DNA from: an uncultured archaeon
GTDB lineage: Archaea > Aenigmatarchaeota > Aenigmatarchaeia > QMZP01
Direction: 5' to 3'
Assembly (NCBI GenBank): GCA_964555875.1
Contig: CAZKUD010000003.1
Coordinates: forward strand, 14,659-78,658
Length of the DNA: 64,000 nt
The notes below the pieces were generated by a model. It searched no databases, was not told the DNA's origin, and was given only the letters and a program-made list of their open reading frames with translations. Position numbers and translations under genes: made by a program. This document shows, piece by piece, positions 44,113-52,713 of the stretch (position 1 is its first letter; each line of letters opens with the position of its first letter).

Positions 44113-45387
44113 ATGAAGTTCATAGCCGACCTGCACATACACGGAAGGTACAGCCAGGCCACCAGCAAGGACATTAGCATACTGAACCTGGAGAAGTGGG
44201 CCAGGGTGAAGGGAGTGGGGCTGCTCGGCACAGGGGACTTCACGCACCCGAAGTGGATAGAGGAGCTGAAGGCCCACCTGAAGGAGGACGGGACAGGCAT
44301 ACTGAGGACTGCCTCGGGATTCCCCTTCATGCTTCAGACCGAGATATCCAACATCTATTCCCAGGACGGTAAGGGCAGGAGGGTGCACAACGTGGTACTG
44401 GCGCCGGACTTTGATGCAGTGTCCAAGATAACGGAATGGCTGCTCACCAGGGGAAGGGTGGATTATGACGGCAGGCCAATATTCGGGATACCCTGCCCGG
44501 AGTTCGTCGAGTCACTGAAGGGGCTGGACGAGAGGATAGAGGTCATACCCGCGCATGTCTGGACCCCCTGGTTCTCCGTGTTCGGGTCCAAGTCAGGATT
44601 CGACTCCGTGGAGGAGTGCTACAAGGACCAGGCGAAGCACATATTCGCCCTCGAGACGGGCCTGTCCTCGGACCCTCCCATGAACTGGAGGCTGTCGCAG
44701 CTGGACCGGTACACGCTCGTCAGCAACTCTGACTGCCATTCCTACTGGCCCTGGAGGCTGGGAAGGGAGGCCAACATGTTCGAGCTGCCCGAGGTGACCT
44801 ACGGTTCCATAATCGGGGCACTCAAGGGCAGGAAGGGATTCCTCGGAACCATAGAGGTCGACCCCTCATACGGCAAGTACCACCTGGACGGCCACAGGAA
44901 CTGCGGGGTCTGCCAGGAGCCCAGGAAAAGCGCTGAAAGCAGGGGCATGTGCCCTGTCTGTGGAAAGGCATTGACCATAGGTGTCCTCAACAGGGTGGAG
45001 GAGCTCGCGGACAGGCCGGAGGGCTATACGCCGAAGGACCCGGCCTCCTACAGGTCGCTCATACCCCTCTCCGACATACTCACCAAAGTGATGAAGATAG
45101 CCAGCCCGGCCTCCAAGAAGGTGTGGGAGGCTTACTACAGGCTCATCGAGGGCTTCGGCTCGGAGTTCTCTGTAATGCTGGATGCGCCCCGGGAAAGCAT
45201 AAGCGATATGTCCAGCCAGAAGGTGGCTGATGCAATCATGATGGTGAGGGAAGGCAGGCTTAAGGTGCAGCCAGGGTACGACGGGGTGTACGGGGTACCG
45301 CTGTTCGACGGCAGGAAGCCTGCAGCGCCCAGGCCTGTTGAAAGGGCGCGCGAAACCAAGAAACAGAAGAACCTGTCAGACTTCTAG
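44113..45387 (+). CDS. Endonuclease Q (EndoQ; PHP-like domain plus zinc finger)
   Basis: FIADLHIHGRYSQATS and GTGDFTHPKW, with the Zn finger CGVCQEP...CPVCGKALTIGVLNRVEELAD. ATG at 44113 is preferred. Confidence 0.75.
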   Translation: MKFIADLHIHGRYSQATSKDISILNLEKWARVKGVGLLGTGDFTHPKWIEELKAHLKEDGTGILRTASGFPFMLQTEISNIYSQDGKGRRVHNVVLAPDFDAVSKITEWLLTRGRVDYDGRPIFGIPCPEFVESLKGLDERIEVIPAHVWTPWFSVFGSKSGFDSVEECYKDQAKHIFALETGLSSDPPMNWRLSQLDRYTLVSNSDCHSYWPWRLGREANMFELPEVTYGSIIGALKGRKGFLGTIEVDPSYGKYHLDGHRNCGVCQEPRKSAESRGMCPVCGKALTIGVLNRVEELADRPEGYTPKDPASYRSLIPLSDILTKVMKIASPASKKVWEAYYRLIEGFGSEFSVMLDAPRESISDMSSQKVADAIMMVREGRLKVQPGYDGVYGVPLFDGRKPAAPRPVERARETKKQKNLSDF

Positions 45388-46274
45388 ATTCCCGTCACCG
45401 TGACCTTCGTGCTCTTCTCGATGAAGTAGTAGTATCCGTCCGCGCTGGCGGTCACTTGGACCTGCTTGGGGACGGACGGTATGCTGGCCTTCACCGTGCA
45501 AGTTATGGTGTTGGACTTGCCCTTGAAGAGGGTGAGTGTCCTGTTGGTGTCAACCGGGCAGTCGACGTTCTCAAGGTCATCCGGAAGGCTGACCCGGAAA
45601 TTGACCTTGTTCCAATCATTGCTGTCCTTTGACGTGGCGACCACCCCTCCCCCCACATTGGTTATCGTGAACTCTATCGGGAATTCGAGGCCGTCCTTGA
45701 AGACCTTTATCGGGCCCTTTGTCACTATGCCCACCGAGACTGGTCCGCTTGACGTGCTCAGGGTCTCGCCTGGAAGCTCTCCCCCGAGCTGCTCTATCCG
45801 CCTGGCCTCTGTGGAGGACAGGAGCGTTATGGACTTTATGGTGTTGGTGCTGTACCTGTAGCTCACCCTGACTGTCGGGGTGTACGACATGCTGAGGCCC
45901 TTTGATATGTCCGGAGACTTGTAGGCGTATATGCATGACTTGGAGCCTCCGGCAGTGCCCCTAGCCTCGTCAGGCGCGATTAGGCCCCATGTGTCAGTGA
46001 GGTCGCATGTGCTTCCCCCGCCCTTACCGAGGAGGCTCCATTTTTCCATGCCGAATATCTCTGCCTTCACGTCGCTGGCGTCGACGCTGCCCTTGTTCCT
46101 CACCATAAGCTGCAGCTGGATGGTCTCCCCCTCGGACGCAGCGCTGAAGTCGGGCTCGAATGCCTCTATGGTGACCCCTCTCCCGCTGGCCGAGGCGGTG
46201 AAGCCTGGGGCAGTGCATCCGGAAACCATCACCACCAGAAGCACAGGCAGCAACATCAGGAGAAGCCTTCTCAT
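45384..46274 (-). CDS. Secreted lipobox protein, paralog A of a three-member family (beta-rich, CARDB-like N-terminal region)
   Basis: Signal peptide MRRLLLMLLPVLLVVMVSGC ends in a lipobox-like SGC. Contains GETIQLQLMVRNKGSVDASDV and YTPTVRVSYRY, shared with paralog B. A TATA-like TTTATTTATTTAAG lies upstream. Confidence 0.6.
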   Translation of the reverse strand: MRRLLLMLLPVLLVVMVSGCTAPGFTASASGRGVTIEAFEPDFSAASEGETIQLQLMVRNKGSVDASDVKAEIFGMEKWSLLGKGGGSTCDLTDTWGLIAPDEARGTAGGSKSCIYAYKSPDISKGLSMSYTPTVRVSYRYSTNTIKSITLLSSTEARRIEQLGGELPGETLSTSSGPVSVGIVTKGPIKVFKDGLEFPIEFTITNVGGGVVATSKDSNDWNKVNFRVSLPDDLENVDCPVDTNRTLTLFKGKSNTITCTVKASIPSVPKQVQVTASADGYYYFIEKSTKVTVTGI

Positions 46275-46325
46275 GTATATAGATTGTGCAGGCAAACTTA
46301 AATAAATAAAAAATAGCGAAGTTTC

Positions 46326-47291
46326 TCAGAAGAAACTGCCCGATTCTCCGGTGCCTGTCACCTTTACGGATGTGCTGTCCTCTGTCTGGAACCTGTAGTT
46401 CAGGTCGACCTTTATCAGCCCCTCCTGCTGGTATGCCGGGGGGTTGGTCACCTCGAACTCGCAGGTGATTTCCGCTTCCTTTCCTTGCCAGAGGTCCAGG
46501 TCCACGAGGGAGCTGCAGTCAGAAGAGCCTGCCAGGCCGGTGTACCTGAAGTTGGTCCCTGAAGGCGGCGTTATCTCCATCTGAACCGGATAGTCTCCTT
46601 CGCCGAAGTAGGTTCCGAAGCCGCTGCCATGCGTGACCGTTCCGCTCTGCTCCCACTGGGTGTTCGTCACCTTTATGTAGACCGGGAATATGTCATACTC
46701 TGTCCCGAAGTCGTCTGATGTCTTGACATAGTTCCCTGTCTTTATCTCCACCGCAAGGGGGCCTGCCGAGTATGTCGTGGTCTTTCCGCTCAAGGACTTG
46801 CCCTGCTGCTTTATCTTCCTCAGCTCGTCCACGTCCACAAGGGTCAATGGCTTCTGTGCCGATGTCTTGTAGTCGTAGCTGACCTTTACTATGGGCGTGT
46901 AGGTGAAACTGGTTCCCTTTGCAAGCGACGGTGCTTCTAGCCTCCAATCGACTGTCCTTACATCCCCTGGCGTCTGTGATGCCCCGTCATAAGGCAGCAT
47001 GCTGGAGGCCACGTCCACATAGTCAGTGAAGCCCCCGAATGTGCCCCATTCGGTGGTGTCTATGCCCGCCAGTTCTGCAACGACATTTTCTGCCGGTAAC
47101 TCGCCCTGGTTCTGGATCCTGAGCTGGAGCCTTACTGCGTCGCCTGAATAGACGTCCGCCAGGTCGGGCTTCCAGTCCGTTATGGCAAGCCCATTTCCCA
47201 TTCCTGCGCCTGTAGGGCCTGTCACGCATCCAGAGATAAGCATCACTGCAAAAACTGGTATGAGCAATAGGGCGGTTGATTTTGCTGGCAT
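46326..47291 (-). CDS. Secreted lipobox protein, paralog B
   Basis: The signal peptide ends in ISGC. Contains GDAVRLQLRIQNQGELPAENV and YTPIVKVSYDY; the C-terminus is ...STSVKVTGTG. Confidence 0.6.
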   Translation of the reverse strand: MPAKSTALLLIPVFAVMLISGCVTGPTGAGMGNGLAITDWKPDLADVYSGDAVRLQLRIQNQGELPAENVVAELAGIDTTEWGTFGGFTDYVDVASSMLPYDGASQTPGDVRTVDWRLEAPSLAKGTSFTYTPIVKVSYDYKTSAQKPLTLVDVDELRKIKQQGKSLSGKTTTYSAGPLAVEIKTGNYVKTSDDFGTEYDIFPVYIKVTNTQWEQSGTVTHGSGFGTYFGEGDYPVQMEITPPSGTNFRYTGLAGSSDCSSLVDLDLWQGKEAEITCEFEVTNPPAYQQEGLIKVDLNYRFQTEDSTSVKVTGTGESGSFF

Positions 47292-47325
47292 GCTTTATAT
47301 TAAGGTCGGCATTAATTTATAAAAC

Positions 47326-48342
47326 TTATACGGGGCTCACTGTCACTTTTGCGGTCTTCCTGAACTCATATAGGTAGGATACCCGGGCATTAAGCTGGAA
47401 AGTGGCCTCCTTGTTGATGTCCGCCGGTATCTTCAGGCTGCAGGGAAGGCTCCTCTTGTCCTTTATCAGCTTGACGTCTTCGTTCGGTACATAGTGGCCG
47501 TCCTTTTCTGTGAGCTCACAGTTACCGGCATCAATCGGCGTGTCGCCGGGTATGGTCAGGTTGAAGGACTCCTTTATTATCCTGGGCCCTTTCGTGCCGG
47601 TCTTCCCGGACGTCGGGTCTGCCAGGAAGCCATATCCCATGTTGTGGATATCCAGTGACACGCTCGTGTAGGAATCCGTCCCGGGGGAGGCCGCTGGTAT
47701 GGGCTCCTGGTCATTAACAGTGAAATACGCCTTCACCGGCCCCTGGCCCTTGGTGGTGTAATGGGACTTGGTCTTGAAGGTGCCTGCCTCGAGCTGTCTC
47801 TTGTATTCGTTCTGGCTTATGAAGGAGAGGGTGGTCAGGCCGTCGGTCGTGTAGGGATACCTGACATAGACCTTGAACTCGCATGGCGTCTCAAGCTTGA
47901 CGTCCTTGGCTGCCTTGAGGGTCCAGTCGACCACCATGGTCTCGCCCGCAAGTATCTTGCTGAACGTGCAGTTCGTATTGTCAGCGCCCGGAACCCCGCT
48001 GGGGCAGCTGACACTGATGCCGCTTTTCTGGAAGAGGCCTTCGCAGTGGTCATAGAGCTGCACTACCACGTCCTCGTCCTTTAGCTTTTCGTCCAGCCCT
48101 ATGCTCTTCTGCGGAACCGCATCGTCCCCCATGTTCTCTATGTAGGCGACGAGCCTGACGTTCTCCCCTGCCCTGACAGAGCTGGGGATTGCGGAGAGGT
48201 CCTTGACTATGATGATGTCGCTCTCGTAGGTTGCGCCTGTGCTGAAGAAGGGCAGCTGGATGCCTCCAGGAAGCTCAGGCATGGTGCACCCGGAGGTGAG
48301 AACCACGAGAAGTACAGGAAGCAGCAGTAACAGCCTCTTCAT
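47326..48342 (-). CDS. Secreted lipobox protein, paralog C (more divergent)
   Basis: MKRLLLLLPVLLVVLTSGC; GENVRLVAYIENMGDDAVP; the C-terminus ...RKTAKVTVSPV parallels A and B. Start at 48342; the extension to 48519 is rejected. Confidence 0.6.
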   Translation of the reverse strand: MKRLLLLLPVLLVVLTSGCTMPELPGGIQLPFFSTGATYESDIIIVKDLSAIPSSVRAGENVRLVAYIENMGDDAVPQKSIGLDEKLKDEDVVVQLYDHCEGLFQKSGISVSCPSGVPGADNTNCTFSKILAGETMVVDWTLKAAKDVKLETPCEFKVYVRYPYTTDGLTTLSFISQNEYKRQLEAGTFKTKSHYTTKGQGPVKAYFTVNDQEPIPAASPGTDSYTSVSLDIHNMGYGFLADPTSGKTGTKGPRIIKESFNLTIPGDTPIDAGNCELTEKDGHYVPNEDVKLIKDKRSLPCSLKIPADINKEATFQLNARVSYLYEFRKTAKVTVSPV

Positions 48343-48378
48343 GATAATAATTAATCCCGGAAGATATATATTAATTGG

Positions 48379-48891
48379 ATGGGCAGGAAAAAGGGCCAGA
48401 TGATTTTCGAGTTCATGGTTGCCGCAGTCCTTTTCTTCGGCATAGTACTCTACATAATGAGCTACCTGAGCGCCAGCATGGCGTCTTTCAGCGACGATTT
48501 CCATGTCAACACCCTGCACAGCAAGGCCTTCGCAGCGTCAGAGCTGCTGGTGCACACGAAGGGTGCCTGGTCAGGCAGCGTGCCTGTTTCCATGGGCCTG
48601 ATGAAGGAGTACCCTATGCTGGACGGCACCAAGATGGGCTACATGGGGTCTTACTGCCAGGGGAACTACAGGGACGTGCAGGAGGCGCTGGGCCTGGTGG
48701 ACACCCCCCTCTTCATGTCAGGGGCCGAAAGGCGGTACAACGTCAGGATAGAGATAAACGAGACCGACGGCACGCCGAGGATGCAGTGCGGCTCTTATGG
48801 AGGGGAAGAGGTGTTCGCCTCCGTGGACAGGGTCGCGCTCTCCGATGACCCTGTCCCGAAGAAGCTGCTGGTCAGGGTCGTCGTCTGGTAG
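48379..48891 (+). CDS. Type IV pilin-like protein (class III signal peptide)
   Basis: MGRKKGQMIFEFMVAAVLFFGIVLYIM has a basic leader, Gly at the predicted cleavage site, Glu at +5 and a hydrophobic helix. It is divergent from paralog C across a 36-bp AT-rich spacer. Confidence 0.55.
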   Translation: MGRKKGQMIFEFMVAAVLFFGIVLYIMSYLSASMASFSDDFHVNTLHSKAFAASELLVHTKGAWSGSVPVSMGLMKEYPMLDGTKMGYMGSYCQGNYRDVQEALGLVDTPLFMSGAERRYNVRIEINETDGTPRMQCGSYGGEEVFASVDRVALSDDPVPKKLLVRVVVW

Positions 48892-48893
48892 AA

Positions 48894-50237
48894 CTAGAAT
48901 ACCCTGTTGACAAGCTTGCCTAGCACGTCGCTAAGTGTCGGTTTTCCCACTTCCTTGAGGTTGTACCTTATCCTGACTATGGGCTTCCTGCTCTTGACGA
49001 GCCGCCTGAGGTCTATGGGGGTGCCGGCTATCACGGCGTCTATCTTCGAGTTGGCGTTGCTTATGGTCTTCTGCAGGTCCTTCACCTGGCCGGGGCTGTA
49101 CCCCATCGCCGGGAGGACGTTCTTGAGGTGGGGATAGTCCTCATACACCTTCTTCATAGTGCCCGCAGCAAACTGCTTTGCCGGCACTATCCTGCATCTC
49201 ATCTTCCTGGCCGCCACCGTCCCTGCCCCTATGGTCATGCCCCCGTGGGTCAGGGTTGGGCCGTCCTCGACGACAAGAACCCTCTTCCTCTGGACCAGTT
49301 CCGGCTTGGCCACGGTAACCTCTGAGTCAGCATCTATCACTATGGCGGAGGGGTTGTACTTCTTTATGTTCTCCTTCACTGTCCCTATGTTCCTCTTGCT
49401 GGCGCTGCCCTCCTTGTTCACTATTATGACGTCAGCCAGCCTGAGGTTGGTCTCCCCGGGATAGAAGTCTTTTTCATGTCCCGGCCTTAGGGGGTCCACC
49501 AGGGTTATCTGCATGTCAGGCCTGAAGAAGGGGGTGTCATTGTTGCCCCCGTCCCATATTATTACTCCGTCCTTCCTTCCTATGACCTTCTCTGCGCTGC
49601 GGAGTATCCTCTCGTAATCGACGCCCGCAAAGAGCGTCACGCCCATCTCTATCAGGGGCTCGTACTCCTCCCTCTCCTCTATGGTGCACCTGTGCCTGTC
49701 AAGGTCATCATATGTCGTGTATTTTTGGCACGCCTGCTTGGCCAGGTCGCCGTAAGGCATGGGGTGCCTGACAACGACCACCTTCTTGCCCTGTTCCTTC
49801 AGCACCGAGGCGACCTTCCTGGTCGTCTGTGACTTGCCGCACCCTGTCCTGACGGCTGTCACGGCTATGACGGGCTTGGTGGACCTGAGCATGGTGTACT
49901 TGGCGCCCAACATCACGAAGTCAGCTCCCAGGGAATTGACCAGGGCGGCCTTGTGCATGACTGTCGTATGGTGGAGGTCGGAGTATGACATTATGACCTC
50001 GTCGACGTTGTAGGTGGCTATCAGCTCTGGCAGCTTCTCCTCCGGGTATATGGGTATGCCCTTCGGGTAGAGCCTGCCTGCAAGCTTTGCCGGGTACTTC
50101 CTGCCCGAGATGTTGGGTATCTGTGCCGCGGTGAAAGCCACCACATCGTACCTGGCCCTGTTCCTGTAGACGACGTTGAAGTTGTGGAAGTCCCTGCCGG
50201 CCGCCCCCATTATTATGACCTTAACTTTCTTTGCCAT
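48894..50237 (-). CDS. Conserved archaeal P-loop protein (COG2403-type predicted GTPase/NTPase)
   Basis: VKVIIMGAAGRDFHNFNVVYR and a Walker A-like AVRTGCGKSQTT. The family is recalled from archaeal annotations; its function is unknown. Confidence 0.55.
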   Translation of the reverse strand: MAKKVKVIIMGAAGRDFHNFNVVYRNRARYDVVAFTAAQIPNISGRKYPAKLAGRLYPKGIPIYPEEKLPELIATYNVDEVIMSYSDLHHTTVMHKAALVNSLGADFVMLGAKYTMLRSTKPVIAVTAVRTGCGKSQTTRKVASVLKEQGKKVVVVRHPMPYGDLAKQACQKYTTYDDLDRHRCTIEEREEYEPLIEMGVTLFAGVDYERILRSAEKVIGRKDGVIIWDGGNNDTPFFRPDMQITLVDPLRPGHEKDFYPGETNLRLADVIIVNKEGSASKRNIGTVKENIKKYNPSAIVIDADSEVTVAKPELVQRKRVLVVEDGPTLTHGGMTIGAGTVAARKMRCRIVPAKQFAAGTMKKVYEDYPHLKNVLPAMGYSPGQVKDLQKTISNANSKIDAVIAGTPIDLRRLVKSRKPIVRIRYNLKEVGKPTLSDVLGKLVNRVF

Positions 50238-50266
50238 GGTATCACTTGATTATTGTCCCAGCCGGC

Positions 50267-50641
50267 TTATTTTCTTTTTGCGAGCCTGTCCAGCTTCTTC
50301 TCTATCCTGTCCAGCCTCTTGCCCATGTCGTCCCACATGTCCTGCACTATCTCATGTGGGGGCTTAGGCCTCATGTGCGCAGGCAGCGGCTTCTTTTCCC
50401 TCAGGAAACGGAGTATCTCCCTGTTCTTCAGGAAGTAGTACTTCTTGCCTCCCTTCCACTCGCTGTCCACCAGGCCAATCTCCGCCAGGAGCGTCAGGTG
50501 GAAATCGACTGTCTGGGGCTTCTTGTCTATCTCGTTCGCAATCTCCGTCAGGTACTTCTCCTTCTGGCTTATGCTGAGCAGTATCTTCCTGCGTATCTCG
50601 CTGGCCAGAGCCTTGTGGACGATGTCCTCGAAGAGGGGCAT
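50267..50641 (-). CDS. ArsR-family winged-helix transcriptional regulator
   Basis: ASEIRRKILLSISQKEKYLTEIANEIDKKPQTVDFHLTLLAEIGLV is an HTH_5 (ArsR) pattern. Confidence 0.75.
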   Translation of the reverse strand: MPLFEDIVHKALASEIRRKILLSISQKEKYLTEIANEIDKKPQTVDFHLTLLAEIGLVDSEWKGGKKYYFLKNREILRFLREKKPLPAHMRPKPPHEIVQDMWDDMGKRLDRIEKKLDRLAKRK

Positions 50642-50755
50642 GCTTTATTTTCGGGTTTCTTATTAAAATCCTTTATTTCGGCTTTTCTAGTATGACCGAA
50701 ACATTTAAGTACCTGTTTGTTTAATAATATCATAGAAAACTCGAAATTGGAGGTG

Positions 50756-50947
50756 ATGAATATGCCACCGCACCATAAGAAGGGCAATTGGGCCCTGGCA
50801 GGGGGCCTCCTGGCTTCCTCGGTGATAACTCTAGCGTTGGCAGCATCAATGCACCTGGGAGGGATACACATAACGACCATCCTCCCGACATCAGCGCCCA
50901 TATGGATGGGTTTCTCCACGATGCTGTTCATGCTGCTTAAGGAATAA
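50756..50947 (+). CDS. Small hypothetical membrane protein (63 aa)
   Basis: GGAGGTGA lies directly before the ATG, and there are two TM-like segments. Divergent from the ArsR gene. Confidence 0.35.
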   Translation: MNMPPHHKKGNWALAGGLLASSVITLALAASMHLGGIHITTILPTSAPIWMGFSTMLFMLLKE

Positions 50948-50959
50948 GGAGGTGAAGAA

Positions 50960-51184
50960 ATGGTAGAGCCAAGAAAGACACATGAGCTGTATGCCAGACG
51001 CTACATGGATACGCTGCCCGAGCCCTGCTGGGACTGCAGCCCGCTTTACAGGGCAGGCTACAGGGCCCTGGAGGGGTTCACAGAAAGGGGCGAATTCTGG
51101 GAAGCGTACGTGCTCGGCATGGAGCTTGAGCGGGGATGCTCGGGTGGGATTCCCGGGTTCCCTGTGACAGAAGACCACCCGTAA
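50960..51184 (+). CDS. Small hypothetical protein (74 aa)
   Basis: AAGGAGGTGAAGAA precedes the ATG, 12 nt after the previous stop. No recognisable family. Confidence 0.3.
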   Translation: MVEPRKTHELYARRYMDTLPEPCWDCSPLYRAGYRALEGFTERGEFWEAYVLGMELERGCSGGIPGFPVTEDHP

Positions 51185-51207
51185 ACAGGCGCTAGGATAA
51201 GGGGCCC

Positions 51208-52044
51208 CTATCTTATCGCCCTGTGTATATTGTCGGCGACGTCGATTGCCATCAGGCCCTCGCCTGCCTCTTTGGCTGCGATGTCGCCTGCCCTTCCGTT
51301 TATCCAGGCAGCTGCGCATGCCGCGTCGAACGGGCCGGTTCCCCTGGCGAGCAGCCCGCCGAGTATGCCGGCCAGCGTGTCCCCTGTGCCGCCCTTTGTC
51401 ATGCAAGGGTTGCCTGTCCTGTTGGCTGCCACATTCCTTCCGTCTGATATCACGTCGATGTGGCCCTTCAATAACACTGTCGCACCGAGCTTCTTGGCTG
51501 CCGCCTTCACCTGCTCTGCCCGCTTCTTTGTCTTCTCGCTTGGTTTTACTCCTGTCAGCACCTGGAACTCGTATGAGTGCGGAGTGAACACGCATCCTGC
51601 CTTCAGCTTGATTGGCTTCTTGGCGAACGCGTATATCGCGTCTGCGTCAATCACGCACGGGACCTTCACGGCCTTCAGAAACCTGGGGACGAAACCGAAC
51701 ACGTGGGCGTTCCTTCCCATCCCCCCTCCAATTACCACGGCCTCCGACCTTTCCGAGAGCCTGAGCAGCTCCCTCAGGTGCCATGGGTTTATGTAGTCCC
51801 CTTTCAGGGGGTGCGTTATCATGTCAGGCCCGAAGCCTGCTATTATGTCTGCCGCCCTTTTCGGCGCAGCCACCAGCACCAGGTCTGCGCCGGCCTTTAT
51901 CGCCCCCATTGCGGCAAGCGCAGGCGAGCCGGAATACAGCTTGCTTCCCCCTATTACCATCAGGTGCCCGAAGTCCCCCTTGTGGCACCAGGGCCGCCTC
52001 CTCTTGAAAATCCTCCTCACGAACTGCCTGTCTGTCGCCTTCAT
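51208..52044 (-). CDS. nnrD: ADP/ATP-dependent NAD(P)H-hydrate dehydratase (YjeF C-terminal / carbohydrate kinase family)
   Basis: HKGDFGHLMVIGGSKLYSGSPALAAMGAIKAGADLV and KGGTGDTLAGILGGLLA. Confidence 0.8.
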   Translation of the reverse strand: MKATDRQFVRRIFKRRRPWCHKGDFGHLMVIGGSKLYSGSPALAAMGAIKAGADLVLVAAPKRAADIIAGFGPDMITHPLKGDYINPWHLRELLRLSERSEAVVIGGGMGRNAHVFGFVPRFLKAVKVPCVIDADAIYAFAKKPIKLKAGCVFTPHSYEFQVLTGVKPSEKTKKRAEQVKAAAKKLGATVLLKGHIDVISDGRNVAANRTGNPCMTKGGTGDTLAGILGGLLARGTGPFDAACAAAWINGRAGDIAAKEAGEGLMAIDVADNIHRAIR

Positions 52045-52712
52045 TCCACCACAGTCCCCTTGAACTTCTTCCCCTTTAGGGCTGCGTCCAGGTTCTCTAT
52101 GTCAGTGCCCCTCATTATCAGGACCCTGAGGCCGAGCCCGTCCGCTTCCTTTGACGCTATCGGGTCGAATGGGAGGTTCGCTCCCGGTACCCACTTGTCG
52201 CCGACTATCTTCCTGAATGCCTTCCAGCCTATCCTGCCTATCGGCTTGGCGTCCTTGTGGTACTTTGGGTCCTTGTCGCACACCTGCGCGATGTTGCTGA
52301 GGTTTATGACCGTCTTGGCTCCGTAGCCTTTTGCCAGCAGAACCGCGTCATAGTCTGTGCTGAAGCCGGGCTTCCAGCCGGCGGCTATTATCACCTTCTC
52401 GTCGCACATTATCGGCCTGGTCGGGTCCTTTATTATCCTGGGATGCGCAACGTCCCTGAGTATGGTCCTCAGCAGGTGGGCGTTCAGCCTGGTGGCGTGT
52501 ATGCCTATCCAGTCTAGGTCCTCGTTGTCCAGGGTGAAGACCTCCTTGGCGCCTCTCTGGTATTTTCTGGTCGTGCTGCCGCCTCCGCAGATTATGGTGA
52601 ACCTCTTCCCAGATTTGACGTGGTCTAATATGAGCTTCCTGAACCTCTTGAGGAAGCTGACGTCCACGTCATCGGGGACTATTATGGAGCCCCCCAAGGA
52701 CACCACTACCAT
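52041..52712 (-). CDS. pyrH: UMP kinase (archaeal type)
   Basis: MVVVSLGGSIIVP...FTIICGGGSTTRKY. ATG at 52712 avoids overlap with the upstream gene's stop at 52714. ATGA overlap with nnrD. Confidence 0.8.
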   Translation of the reverse strand: MVVVSLGGSIIVPDDVDVSFLKRFRKLILDHVKSGKRFTIICGGGSTTRKYQRGAKEVFTLDNEDLDWIGIHATRLNAHLLRTILRDVAHPRIIKDPTRPIMCDEKVIIAAGWKPGFSTDYDAVLLAKGYGAKTVINLSNIAQVCDKDPKYHKDAKPIGRIGWKAFRKIVGDKWVPGANLPFDPIASKEADGLGLRVLIMRGTDIENLDAALKGKKFKGTVVE

Positions 52713-52713
52713 C

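Noticed and set aside
50891-51595. 234-aa minus-strand ORF overlapping nnrD and the small plus-strand ORFs
   Set aside because: It has an Arg-rich low-complexity sequence. nnrD (51208-52044) explains the coding potential of this region.
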